Source: a virus
Strand: one strand, 5' to 3'
IMG/VR virus record: IMGVR_UViG_3300010354_000046
Coordinates: 32,001 to 96,000 of that record
DNA length: 64,000 bases
Made by a program: the position numbers and the translations under genes. The notes beneath the pieces were generated by a model. The model was given only the letters and a program-made list of their open reading frames with translations, was not told the DNA's origin and searched no databases. Shown here in pieces: positions 54,164-63,833 of the stretch; the first letter of the stretch is position 1; every line of letters begins with the position of its first letter.

Positions 54164-55617
54164 GTATGACTCCTAATTGCCAATAACATTTCTTTATGTG
54201 TTAGCACATCGTCTTGTTCAATTCTATTTGCATTTTCTAAATCTTCTAAAACTTTTAGTACATATTCTTTAGCTTCAACTGGTAGTGTGTCATACTCTTT
54301 TTTAATGCTATTTTGATCAAACAACTGTAGACCGTGAAGAATAAAAATATAGTGTAGTTCTTTAAACAAGACTGATTTCGATATTTTTTCAAAATCATCT
54401 TCAACAGGCATCTTGTATCGCCACACATTCAAATTTTGTTCTAAACTAGGAGGAAGTTTAGTATCGGCAACCTTACGCCAAAATTCTGTGTCTCGACGCG
54501 GACACACAAAATGTAATGTAATAAAATCTCGAATGTTTTCGACTATGTCTCTAAATGACTCGTTGTATTTGTCAATAGCATCTTGATTGTAATTAACTAG
54601 TCTTGTGATTAGCATAAAACATTGCTGTATAGTAGCTCCAATACTGCTTGCTTCGAGCGGTTCAACAAAACTACTACTCAACCCTAACGCACAACAATTT
54701 TTAATCCAAGCATGATCTAATGCGCCTGGTTCAAATTTAATATGTTGTCCTACTGTTATTTCATGACCTAATACTTTTTCAACTTCAATTTTTGCCTGCT
54801 CAGGAGTTAAAAAACTGTCATCAAAAATGTAACCATTGCCCCAACGGCCGTAAGTTGGTGTCCTAAAAAGCCATCCGTAATCCATTGCTTGAGCAAGACT
54901 CCACATATTATAATTTTCTGTATCTGGAGTCTGAAATACGATTGCGCTATTTGTATGAAGATATTCTTTGTGACTTATCCATTTGGCTCCAAGTTTACTA
55001 ATAAGAAACTTTTTAAAACCTGTACAGTCAGCGTAAAAATCGTATTTGTATGTTGCATCTTCACTTTTTAATAAATCTATTCCGTCGTCATTTACTACTA
55101 CTTCTGTTATTTCGTCGTGGTAGATTGTAATTTCTCGATCTAAAGCAATCTTTGTTAGATAGTCATTTAGTTTGAATGTATTGAAATGGTACTGCGCTAC
55201 TGGTGTTCTATTATTATCTAAAAACCACTTTTGCACTTTATTTTCCCAAAAAATTTCTCCAGATAATCTCCGAGAATCCATGCCGTCACTTACAAGTTTA
55301 GCATATATCATAGGATACTTTTTTAACCATACTAGATTGTATCCGTCTTGTATACTATGCATGTAATCGGGTACTCCCCAATTTTTAAAAACAATTCCCA
55401 TCTTCATTGTAGCATCAGTTTCGACTATCATTTCCCCTGTGTTAATGCCTACAAAATCTGCAAATGCACTCCAGTGTTCGGTTGATCCTTCGCCTACTCC
55501 TATAATTCCAATTCGCTTGCTACAAATAATATCGACTTGGTAATTTGGAAACCTTGTTTTAAGTATTAACGCAGAAACAAGTCCGGCTGTTCCGCTTCCA
55601 ACAACTGCAATACGCAT
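54160..55617 (-). CDS. flavin-dependent tryptophan-halogenase-like protein
   Basis: GSGTAG, IGVGEG, ATMKMG, FVEPLEAS; WLFRTP in place of WxWxIP. Confidence 0.85.
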   Translation of the reverse strand: MRIAVVGSGTAGLVSALILKTRFPNYQVDIICSKRIGIIGVGEGSTEHWSAFADFVGINTGEMIVETDATMKMGIVFKNWGVPDYMHSIQDGYNLVWLKKYPMIYAKLVSDGMDSRRLSGEIFWENKVQKWFLDNNRTPVAQYHFNTFKLNDYLTKIALDREITIYHDEITEVVVNDDGIDLLKSEDATYKYDFYADCTGFKKFLISKLGAKWISHKEYLHTNSAIVFQTPDTENYNMWSLAQAMDYGWLFRTPTYGRWGNGYIFDDSFLTPEQAKIEVEKVLGHEITVGQHIKFEPGALDHAWIKNCCALGLSSSFVEPLEASSIGATIQQCFMLITRLVNYNQDAIDKYNESFRDIVENIRDFITLHFVCPRRDTEFWRKVADTKLPPSLEQNLNVWRYKMPVEDDFEKISKSVLFKELHYIFILHGLQLFDQNSIKKEYDTLPVEAKEYVLKVLEDLENANRIEQDDVLTHKEMLLAIRSHT

Positions 55618-56393
55618 TACTTTATACTCCTAAAAGGACATGCATCAGTTTCAAGAGTTTTTATGAATAAATCTCGAGTTTTAGATTGTTTTAAAAATGT
55701 TTTAGCACCAGTCGACACTTGTGTTTTTTTAATCCACTCTTGTTCGCTAATAACTTGTATTTTTAATTCGACTTTTTTATCGGTAAGAGGAATGATGTGG
55801 ACAAGAGGAGTTCCAGCTTTCATAATAAATTCTTGCCTTATATTTGGAATCTCCATAAATGTATGCAAATGTAAACAATGCTGGCTGTTAAAATCAATAA
55901 CACCTCCAGCTGGCGCTAATTTATTAATCCAGAAAGGATCGTTGTTAGTAGTCCAATAGGGTTTTTGTATTAAAAATTTTGTACCAGTGGGTTCTTCTAT
56001 ATGCCATGGAAGCACTATCTTTACATGCTGATATCCATTAAACCCGCTCCATTGTCCGGGCCAGTGACTTTCTAAAGCAAACGGATTATCTGCACTAATA
56101 AAACTATATTTGCCATCAGTATCTATAATAACACTTACGTCAGTCCACAACGGAGCCATGAATCCAGTTTTAAAATAATCAATAACACCCGGGCAACCTT
56201 TAAGCGTTCCTGATGGGATTTTGTGCCTTGCGCCAGTTCCTGGATTTGTTTTTTCTTCGATTGTTTCCAAGGGCAAATCTTTAATCCAACCTGGGTAAAA
56301 TTTCATTGCTGGCATTATGGGTGTTGTTTTAGCAATCATCGAATCGTATGTAAAACAATTCAGTGTTATTTTTGATTTCTTAAAAAAGAACAT
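55617..56393 (-). CDS. hypothetical protein (paralog of 27431-28129)
   Basis: MFFFKKSKI start, CPGVIDY, PLWTD, KAGTPLVHIIP. Confidence 0.7.
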   Translation of the reverse strand: MFFFKKSKITLNCFTYDSMIAKTTPIMPAMKFYPGWIKDLPLETIEEKTNPGTGARHKIPSGTLKGCPGVIDYFKTGFMAPLWTDVSVIIDTDGKYSFISADNPFALESHWPGQWSGFNGYQHVKIVLPWHIEEPTGTKFLIQKPYWTTNNDPFWINKLAPAGGVIDFNSQHCLHLHTFMEIPNIRQEFIMKAGTPLVHIIPLTDKKVELKIQVISEQEWIKKTQVSTGAKTFLKQSKTRDLFIKTLETDACPFRSIK

Positions 56394-57043
56394 TATGCAT
56401 CAACTCCTACATTACCGGCAATGCTTATTCTGTAATCGTCGCTAGTATAAAACGGATTAACACTATGCGTCAGAGTTGCTGGAAAAAATAACATTTTTCC
56501 CTCAAACTCCTTGTCTACAGGTATAACCATTCCGCTATGTTGTCCTACTATGTTCGAATAATGAAATGTAAATTTAGAAACACGACGACTCTGGTCATTC
56601 ATATCGGGAAACATTCTGTCTTCGTCTTCTAAATTATAAGGAATTTTAATCCAGATAACAAAGCTAAAAATACCTGTGTGCAAGTGCGGCGGATTAAATT
56701 CATGTTTCTTTTGAAAGTTAACCCATAAATTTTTTAGTTTAAATTTCCTATTATCATTGTAAATGCCAATATCAACTTGAGGAGTGTAGTTCCATTTTTC
56801 ATCGTATAATTTAGTTAACGCAAGAGCTAAAGGCTCAACAGCATTCCAACAATCACTATTGGCAACATATTCGTGGTTTAAGTGACCTAGTAGATTTCTT
56901 TGAAATCCTTGATAAGAATCAAACTTTGATTCAAGCATTTGTTGAACGCTCGAAGTTAATACTTGCATAACATCGTTGGGTACAATTGCATCTATAACCC
57001 CAATGTTTGGTAAATCTCGAAATCTTGTGAGTAAGTTGTTCAT
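56393..57043 (-). CDS. putative 2OG-Fe(II) oxygenase
   Basis: WVNFQKKHEFNPPHLH, HSVNPFYTSDDYRIS. Confidence 0.8.
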   Translation of the reverse strand: MNNLLTRFRDLPNIGVIDAIVPNDVMQVLTSSVQQMLESKFDSYQGFQRNLLGHLNHEYVANSDCWNAVEPLALALTKLYDEKWNYTPQVDIGIYNDNRKFKLKNLWVNFQKKHEFNPPHLHTGIFSFVIWIKIPYNLEDEDRMFPDMNDQSRRVSKFTFHYSNIVGQHSGMVIPVDKEFEGKMLFFPATLTHSVNPFYTSDDYRISIAGNVGVDA

Positions 57044-57690
57044 ACTAATCTTAAGTTTCCTGCAACAGATATTCTGTAGTCGTCACTGGTATAAAATGGA
57101 TTTACACTATGATTTAAGTGAGATGGGAATATTGCAATATTTCCTTCAAAATTTTTGTCTATGTTTAATGAATAATTTCTAAGTTGGCCAAGTACGTTGT
57201 TATAATGAAAAGTAAACTTCGATGTTCGTGGGTCGCTGTTACTTACAACAGGAAATACTTTACGCTCGTCGTCTAAATTATAAGGAATGCGAACCCATAT
57301 AACAAAACTTAAAATTCCAGTGTGTGTATGTACAGGATTAAATTCGTATTTTTTTTGAAAATTTACCCATAGATCAGTAAGTCTTAACTGCTTCGGAACT
57401 GTTACATTAAACTGCTCGTCTAGTTCTTGGAAATAATGCCATTTTTCGTCGTACAAATTTGCTAAATGCAAAATAAAAGGCTCGATTTGCGGTATTAAGC
57501 CGTGCATGCCGTATTCGTTGTTCATATGTCCCAGCAGTAAATTTCGATAGTCGAATTCTTTATCAAACCCGCCGTTTAACATTCTATCAATATCTTGATT
57601 TAAGATACTCATTATTTCGTCAGGTACTTGGGCTATTAAAACTCCATATGTTGGAAGCTCCCGAAAATCTATAGAAAGTTGCTTGGTCAT
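57040..57690 (-). CDS. putative 2OG-Fe(II) oxygenase
   Basis: WVNFQKKYEFNPVHTH, HSVNPFYTSDDYRIS; tandem paralog. Confidence 0.8.
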   Translation of the reverse strand: MTKQLSIDFRELPTYGVLIAQVPDEIMSILNQDIDRMLNGGFDKEFDYRNLLLGHMNNEYGMHGLIPQIEPFILHLANLYDEKWHYFQELDEQFNVTVPKQLRLTDLWVNFQKKYEFNPVHTHTGILSFVIWVRIPYNLDDERKVFPVVSNSDPRTSKFTFHYNNVLGQLRNYSLNIDKNFEGNIAIFPSHLNHSVNPFYTSDDYRISVAGNLRLV

Positions 57691-57775
57691 GTATTATCTC
57701 GTAAGTTTACTATATATCACAATCTCCCGAGTAGGTTTTAGAGTTTAGATAAATTACATAAACAAGGAAACTCAT

Positions 57776-59371
57776 ATGGACAGAAATAAGACGATTAAAA
57801 AAATAGTTATAGTTGGCGGCGGATCGGCTGGGTGGATGACTGCTGCAACATTAAAACATTTTTTTCCGTTAAATGAAGTAGTTGTTATTGAAAGTCCGGA
57901 TATTCCAATTGTGGGTGTCGGGGAAAGTACATTGGGAGGTATACGTTACTGGACCCAAGCCCTCGGTATTGATGAGAAAGATTTCCTGTCTTACACAAAT
58001 GGGTCGTACAAATTAAGTATTAAATTTACTGATTTTTATGATAAAGATGCAGGGTCTTTCCACTACCCGTTTGGAACGCCTGTGCTTACCGATGCGCCCG
58101 AAGGTCTTAACGAGTGGCAAGCAAAAAAAGTAATTTACCCCGACACGCCTGTGGAAGATTATTGCAGAACATTTTATTCGCAGATGCCTTTGATTGAAGG
58201 TAATAAGTATAGTTTGAATGAAGATGGCGATATTGACGGCTACCGAACTGATTCAGACGTAGCTTACCATTTTGATGCTCAGCTATTTGGAAGATGGCTT
58301 CGTGAACGGTACTGCATTCCGAGAGGAGTACAGCGTACAGAGGATACAGTCGTTGACATCAAAACCAACGACGACGGAATTGAAAAATTAATTTTAAAAT
58401 CAGGCCAAGAAGTTACTGCTGATTTATTTGTTGATTGCACAGGTTGGAAAAGTATGCTGCTAGGCGGTGCTCTTAAAGAACCGTTTACTTCTTATGAAGA
58501 CATGTTGCCAAATAATAGAGCATGGGCGGTACAATTGCCCTATGTAGATCCTGAAAAAGAAATTGAACCGTATACTAATTGTACTGCTATTGGACACGGT
58601 TGGTGTTGGAATATTCCGTTGTGGAGTCGTTTAGGCACTGGGTACGTGTACAGCGACAAGTATATTGACCCCGAAGGCGCTAAAGAAGAATTTAAACAGT
58701 ATCTTATGAGTAATAAGATGACTGTTCCTAGAACCAAAGAACAAGTAGATGCGTTACAGTTCCGTGATATCCAAATGAGAATTGGAATCCATGAACGCAC
58801 ATGGGTTAAGAATGTAGTAGCTATTGGGCTTTCTGCGGGGTTTATCGAACCCTTAGAAAGTAACGGATTGTTCAGCGTTCACGAGTTCCTTATGATGCTG
58901 GTAGCAGCTCTTGAAAGATCTCATACTAGCCAGTGGGACAAAGACGGTTATAACACCGCAACTTTATCTTTATTTAGAAATTTAGCAGAATTTGTAGCAT
59001 TACACTATGCCCTAAGCGGCCGCAATGATACAAACTACTGGGAAGCTATTAGCAAAAAAACATTTGATCCTGGAATGGTCAAGCGTATTCCTACTATTAA
59101 CAGAGGATTTGCAGACCTTGTAGATAAAAAGTTTTTTATGTTTGGACACAATTTACCCGGCGGCATTCATTGTATTGCAACAGGGATGAATTATTTTGTT
59201 ATGAATCGTGCAAACATTATACACGCCGAGTGGAAATTTGGGCATAACGCAAAACGTGTGTTGGATGAATTTATATTCAAAAGAAAATTCCTACAAGATA
59301 AATGGCAACGTGCAGCAGATCGATCTCCGACACTCTATCAATTTTTGAAAAATAAAATTTATAATGACTGA
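57776..59371 (+). CDS. flavin-dependent tryptophan halogenase family protein
   Basis: GGGSAG, VGVGEST, GSYKLSIKF, WCWNIP, FIEPLESNG; all canonical motifs present. Confidence 0.9.
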   Translation: MDRNKTIKKIVIVGGGSAGWMTAATLKHFFPLNEVVVIESPDIPIVGVGESTLGGIRYWTQALGIDEKDFLSYTNGSYKLSIKFTDFYDKDAGSFHYPFGTPVLTDAPEGLNEWQAKKVIYPDTPVEDYCRTFYSQMPLIEGNKYSLNEDGDIDGYRTDSDVAYHFDAQLFGRWLRERYCIPRGVQRTEDTVVDIKTNDDGIEKLILKSGQEVTADLFVDCTGWKSMLLGGALKEPFTSYEDMLPNNRAWAVQLPYVDPEKEIEPYTNCTAIGHGWCWNIPLWSRLGTGYVYSDKYIDPEGAKEEFKQYLMSNKMTVPRTKEQVDALQFRDIQMRIGIHERTWVKNVVAIGLSAGFIEPLESNGLFSVHEFLMMLVAALERSHTSQWDKDGYNTATLSLFRNLAEFVALHYALSGRNDTNYWEAISKKTFDPGMVKRIPTINRGFADLVDKKFFMFGHNLPGGIHCIATGMNYFVMNRANIIHAEWKFGHNAKRVLDEFIFKRKFLQDKWQRAADRSPTLYQFLKNKIYND

Positions 59372-59972
59372 TTTATATCCTTTATTTTCTCAGCCGGTAT
59401 TAACTGTTGATACGGACAAATCAAAGCTGGTAGATCTTGTATCTTATTGTGAAAATGTGCTACAATACAGATCTAACGCTGGAGGTAATTTTACTAGTTT
59501 GAATACAAGTGTATTAGATCTTGCCGAGTTCAGTGATGCAAAAGAACTGATTAACAACGCCATTAAAGTATACACCCAAGAAGTAATGTCCTGGACTGAC
59601 GAAGGTTTAAATTTCTTTGTAACTCAATCTTGGGTTAACAAAAATCCAAGAGGAACATGGCATCACGAACATTATCATTTGAATACAGTTTTAAGCGGTG
59701 TATTATATTTGCAAACTGTTGAGAATGATAGTATATCTTTTGTTAACAACTCGAAACCATTTTTTAAGTTTTACCCAACAGTTTCGAATATTTGGAATAG
59801 CGAAAGATTTAATATTGAAGCTAAAGATAATAGAGTAGTGTTATTTCCAAGTGGAATGTTGCACGGCGTGCCTTCGCATAATTCAAACTATAATAGATTT
59901 AGTTTGGCTTTTAACGTGTTTGTTAAAGGAAAAATTGGTAGCAAGGAAAATTTAACATATGTTGAATATTAA
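59364..59972 (+). CDS. putative 2OG-Fe(II) oxygenase (TIGR02466-like)
   Basis: TQSWVN, HYH, SGVLY, LFPSGMLH, RFSLAFN. Confidence 0.82.
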   Translation: MTDLYPLFSQPVLTVDTDKSKLVDLVSYCENVLQYRSNAGGNFTSLNTSVLDLAEFSDAKELINNAIKVYTQEVMSWTDEGLNFFVTQSWVNKNPRGTWHHEHYHLNTVLSGVLYLQTVENDSISFVNNSKPFFKFYPTVSNIWNSERFNIEAKDNRVVLFPSGMLHGVPSHNSNYNRFSLAFNVFVKGKIGSKENLTYVEY

Positions 59973-59980
59973 GGACTAAG

Positions 59981-60922
59981 ATGAAAAGAAACACAGCATT
60001 TTTAATCAATGGCGGAGCGGGGCGTGTACTGAGTTCCATTCCTGCTTTCGAACTTTACGAAAAAGAAAATCCCGAGGATAATTTTATCATTGTTGTTGAA
60101 GGATTTATGGAGTTATTTAAAGGGCATCCAACTTTATATAAAAGATGTTACGAGTTTAGTCATCGTAATTTATTTGAAGATAAACTACGAGATATGAATT
60201 ATTTTCAGCCTGAGCCTTACCAAGTATGGGAATACTATAATCAAAAAGCTACAATTTCTCAAGCATTTGATATTGCTATTAATAAAAAGGGGCTTCGAGA
60301 AGTACCTAAGCCCACTATTGCTCTTACCACAGAAGAAAATTTAGGGGGCGCTGAAACTCTAAAAAATATTCGCAAAGACTTCAATAATAAAAAAGCCATA
60401 GTTATTCAACCCTTTGGAAGAGGGTCAAATATGAATCATCATGCTCATAATATCGATATGGGCGGTCGATCATTTATGCCCGAACATGCTGCCAAACTGA
60501 TCAAACGCCTACAGAAAAAATATTGTGTTATTGTTATGGACGAAAAACAACACGATTTTAAAGCATTAGGATGTGAAGACGTTGTTGTACAGATGACAGG
60601 AATGACTTTACGTCGATGGATGGGCGTTATTAACTCTGCTAGCTACTTTGTCGGCTGCGATAGTATTGGTCAGCACATTGCGTATGCCTTAGGAAAACCG
60701 GCTACAATTATCATTGGGTCAACATTTAAAGAAAATGTGTCGTACCCTAACGCTAAGAATTTTAATATTATTGACCTAGGTGAAGGCCGTAAAATGTACA
60801 GCCCTATTAGAATGTGTTTTAATGAAATTGCAGATGTTAACAACGATAAACTAATGCACTTAAAAGATTCAGATTATGATAAAATTGTTGCTTCTATCGA
60901 AAACGGAATGAATAAGGTATGA
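59981..60922 (+). CDS. glycosyltransferase family 9-like protein
   Basis: GGAGRV, IQPFG, FVGCDSIGQHIAYALGKP. Confidence 0.7.
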   Translation: MKRNTAFLINGGAGRVLSSIPAFELYEKENPEDNFIIVVEGFMELFKGHPTLYKRCYEFSHRNLFEDKLRDMNYFQPEPYQVWEYYNQKATISQAFDIAINKKGLREVPKPTIALTTEENLGGAETLKNIRKDFNNKKAIVIQPFGRGSNMNHHAHNIDMGGRSFMPEHAAKLIKRLQKKYCVIVMDEKQHDFKALGCEDVVVQMTGMTLRRWMGVINSASYFVGCDSIGQHIAYALGKPATIIIGSTFKENVSYPNAKNFNIIDLGEGRKMYSPIRMCFNEIADVNNDKLMHLKDSDYDKIVASIENGMNKV

Positions 60923-61527
60923 CGTCATTTGAAATTATTCCTTTATTTCCTCAAGCGTTATATAGGGCTGTTTTTCGGCCCTTAACTTCCACTGAGATTG
61001 AAATAATTGATAATTTCCCTGTTGAAAAGCAACAGTTGGGTAATCATACTAGTCATGTACCTTACTTTTTAAACGAACCTGGATTAGAAAATTTAAAAAA
61101 AGATTTAGAAGAGCATATCGATACATATGTAAGAGAAATAATGAAAGTTGACTACAATGTGTATATTACCAATTCTTGGAAAAATTTAACCAAGCCCGGT
61201 GAGCAGCATATGATACACAACCATTCAAACAGCATTATTTCTGGATGTTTGTACCTAAGATCGAGTCACATCCAACCTACTATATCTTTTACTAGAGGAA
61301 ATTTTCCTTATCTGCTTGCATTTGAGCCAACAGAATTTACGCCATTTAACGCATTAGAGTGGACCATTCCGGTTGAGGATAACAATATTATTTTATTCCC
61401 GTCAACTATGCATCATTGTGTAAAGACCAATCAAAGTAACAAAGAAAGAATGAGTCTTGCATTTAATACATTTGTTAGAGGTAACATCAGGACTCAATAT
61501 ACAGGAGCAGATTTAATCTTAAAATAA
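60919..61527 (+). CDS. putative 2OG-Fe(II) oxygenase (TIGR02466-like)
   Basis: TNSWKN, HNHSNSIISG, LFPSTMHH, RMSLAFN. Confidence 0.82.
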   Translation: MTSFEIIPLFPQALYRAVFRPLTSTEIEIIDNFPVEKQQLGNHTSHVPYFLNEPGLENLKKDLEEHIDTYVREIMKVDYNVYITNSWKNLTKPGEQHMIHNHSNSIISGCLYLRSSHIQPTISFTRGNFPYLLAFEPTEFTPFNALEWTIPVEDNNIILFPSTMHHCVKTNQSNKERMSLAFNTFVRGNIRTQYTGADLILK

Positions 61528-61530
61528 ATT

Positions 61531-63321
61531 ATGAAAAAACCTATTTGGATTGCAGCAATTACTAGAGGGCATAATGCCAGTGTATGTTTACTAAAAGACG
61601 GAGAAATTGTTTTTAGTATTGAAGAAGAGAGATTAAGTCGACACAAATATGACGGCGGTCCTTTTGCTTCGATGATAAAAATTTTAGAATATACGGATAA
61701 ACTTGATTATCTTGTTGTTGCACACACTCAAACATTAGACGACACCGCAGGAAAAATTGACTTCACTGGAGATAACGTTTATACAGGTCTTGCAAGAAAA
61801 CTAGGATTAATCAATCGCAAAGAAAACATTTATAAACATCCACAAGTTATTGATTTAAGTCATATACACCATAAACTTCATGCTGCTTGTGCATTTTATC
61901 GAAGTGGTTTTGAAAATGCAGTTGCAGTTATTGTAGATGGCGCAGGAACATTTTTACCGTTAAGTGTAAACAACGAAGCAGTAATTGGCTGGGAAACAGA
62001 AAGTCTTTACGACTGTTCCTACCCTAGTAATTTTACAACATTATATAAACACATTGGGCTACGAGGACCTAATTCTGGTATGTTAGTTAAGAATTTTGAT
62101 AGTTCAATGTATGACGAGCCTGGTAAAACACACGAAGCGTTTATCACAGACCGTGCAGGTATTACTAAAGTATACGAAGCAGTTACCCAGTACTGTGGAT
62201 GGAGCCCTATTGAAGCCGGTAAAACTATGGGGTTATTTCCATATGGTAACAAAACAGACAAGATACCTAAGTTATTTGACGAATCAAGTGTAAGGCCGGT
62301 ATCGAACAGAAACCTTATTGTTCCTACTTATCCTAACGGTGCTGTGGTTAATCATGGCTTGTTTGAGTATTTAAATGAGCACGAAGCACAAGACATTACA
62401 TATCTTGATAACCGTCGAGACTTAGCTTATGCCTGTCAAACACAAACTCAAGAACAGTCGCTTAAATTAATAAAATATGCTGTTGAAAAAAGCGGGAATA
62501 AAAATGTAGTGTTTAGTGGAGGTTACGGTTTAAATTGTGTTGCCAATTACTATTATCTAAATGAGCTTAGAAAAGACGGTATTAACTTCTACGTTGAACC
62601 TATTAGTAATGATGCTGGAACAGCGATTGGTGCAGCATTAATGTGGTGGCACAAACTTACTAATGATTGTACTATTAGAAAAGGAAAAACACTTTATCTT
62701 GGTCCTAAAAAAACTTATAGTAATGAAGAAATTTATAAGGAAGTTAACAAAGCAAATGTACAGATAAAAGATGCATCTTATGCAGACATTGTCAAGCTGT
62801 TAACAGAAAAAAACATTGTTACACTATTCCAAGGATCTAGTGAAAACGGTCCAAGAGCATTAGGAAATCGTAGTGTACTATTTGACCCTAGGTTTGCAGA
62901 TGGTAAAGACTATGTTAATAATGTAAAACACAGAGAATATTTTAGGCCGTTTGCAGGCAGTATTTTACAAGAATTTGTACACGAATGGTTTGATTTACGT
63001 GGCATGGAGGACACTCCTTTTATGATGTATGCTGTAAATTGCCAACCAGGAGTAGAAGAAAAAATACCAAGTATCATTCATGTCGACGGAACTTGTCGTA
63101 TACAAACAGTAACACAAGAACAAAATTATCATTACTATAATTTGATTAAAGAATTTTATAATCAAACAGGATGTCCAATTATCTTTAATACTAGTTTTAA
63201 CTTAGGTGGTGAACCATTAGTTGAAACATTAGAAGATGCTATATGGACCTTAACAAATTCGGACATTGAATATTTGTTCTTACCTGAGTATAATAAATTA
63301 ATCATTGTTAAAAATAAATGA
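61531..63321 (+). CDS. carbamoyltransferase (NodU/CmcH family), full length
   Basis: EEERLSR, HHKLHA, VDGAG, GKTMGL, SGGYGLN, GPRALGNRS, RPFAG, NTSFN. Confidence 0.92.
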   Translation: MKKPIWIAAITRGHNASVCLLKDGEIVFSIEEERLSRHKYDGGPFASMIKILEYTDKLDYLVVAHTQTLDDTAGKIDFTGDNVYTGLARKLGLINRKENIYKHPQVIDLSHIHHKLHAACAFYRSGFENAVAVIVDGAGTFLPLSVNNEAVIGWETESLYDCSYPSNFTTLYKHIGLRGPNSGMLVKNFDSSMYDEPGKTHEAFITDRAGITKVYEAVTQYCGWSPIEAGKTMGLFPYGNKTDKIPKLFDESSVRPVSNRNLIVPTYPNGAVVNHGLFEYLNEHEAQDITYLDNRRDLAYACQTQTQEQSLKLIKYAVEKSGNKNVVFSGGYGLNCVANYYYLNELRKDGINFYVEPISNDAGTAIGAALMWWHKLTNDCTIRKGKTLYLGPKKTYSNEEIYKEVNKANVQIKDASYADIVKLLTEKNIVTLFQGSSENGPRALGNRSVLFDPRFADGKDYVNNVKHREYFRPFAGSILQEFVHEWFDLRGMEDTPFMMYAVNCQPGVEEKIPSIIHVDGTCRIQTVTQEQNYHYYNLIKEFYNQTGCPIIFNTSFNLGGEPLVETLEDAIWTLTNSDIEYLFLPEYNKLIIVKNK

Positions 63322-63833
63322 TACAACATTTTTCAGAATTTGTTGAGCCGTGGCTGCATAACAAAGCTAAAGAACAATTGCTGAGTCCTATGCTGGACTG
63401 GAATTTTCCTACATTTGGTGGTCAAGATACTGATATAAAGTATGCTTGTTTTGGTAGATGTGCTCTAAATTTAAGTAAAAATTATGTAAACTGGAATAGA
63501 GTTGAATCGTTAACTTATGTGTTAGATAACTGGTTAGAGCGTAACAAGAATTGGTTTCAAGTTGATCTTGTCGGTAGATGTATAATGAATTTTTATACTC
63601 CGGGCCAGCAAACAGAGTGGCACACAGATAATACTTATAACATGCCAGGACTTTATAGCCTACTGTATTATGTAAATGATGCTGACGGTGGAACAGAATT
63701 TAAGGATCACAAATATTACCACCAGGAAAACACAGGAATATTGTTCGATTCTTATACATTGCATAGACCAATAGTATCTACGGTGCCCCGAAGAATAAGT
63801 GTAAGTTGGATAATTCAAGGACGAGTATTATGA
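63318..63833 (+). CDS. 2OG-Fe(II) oxygenase
   Basis: WHTD, LYYVND.DGGT, H..., RRIS. Confidence 0.8.
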   Translation: MIQHFSEFVEPWLHNKAKEQLLSPMLDWNFPTFGGQDTDIKYACFGRCALNLSKNYVNWNRVESLTYVLDNWLERNKNWFQVDLVGRCIMNFYTPGQQTEWHTDNTYNMPGLYSLLYYVNDADGGTEFKDHKYYHQENTGILFDSYTLHRPIVSTVPRRISVSWIIQGRVL

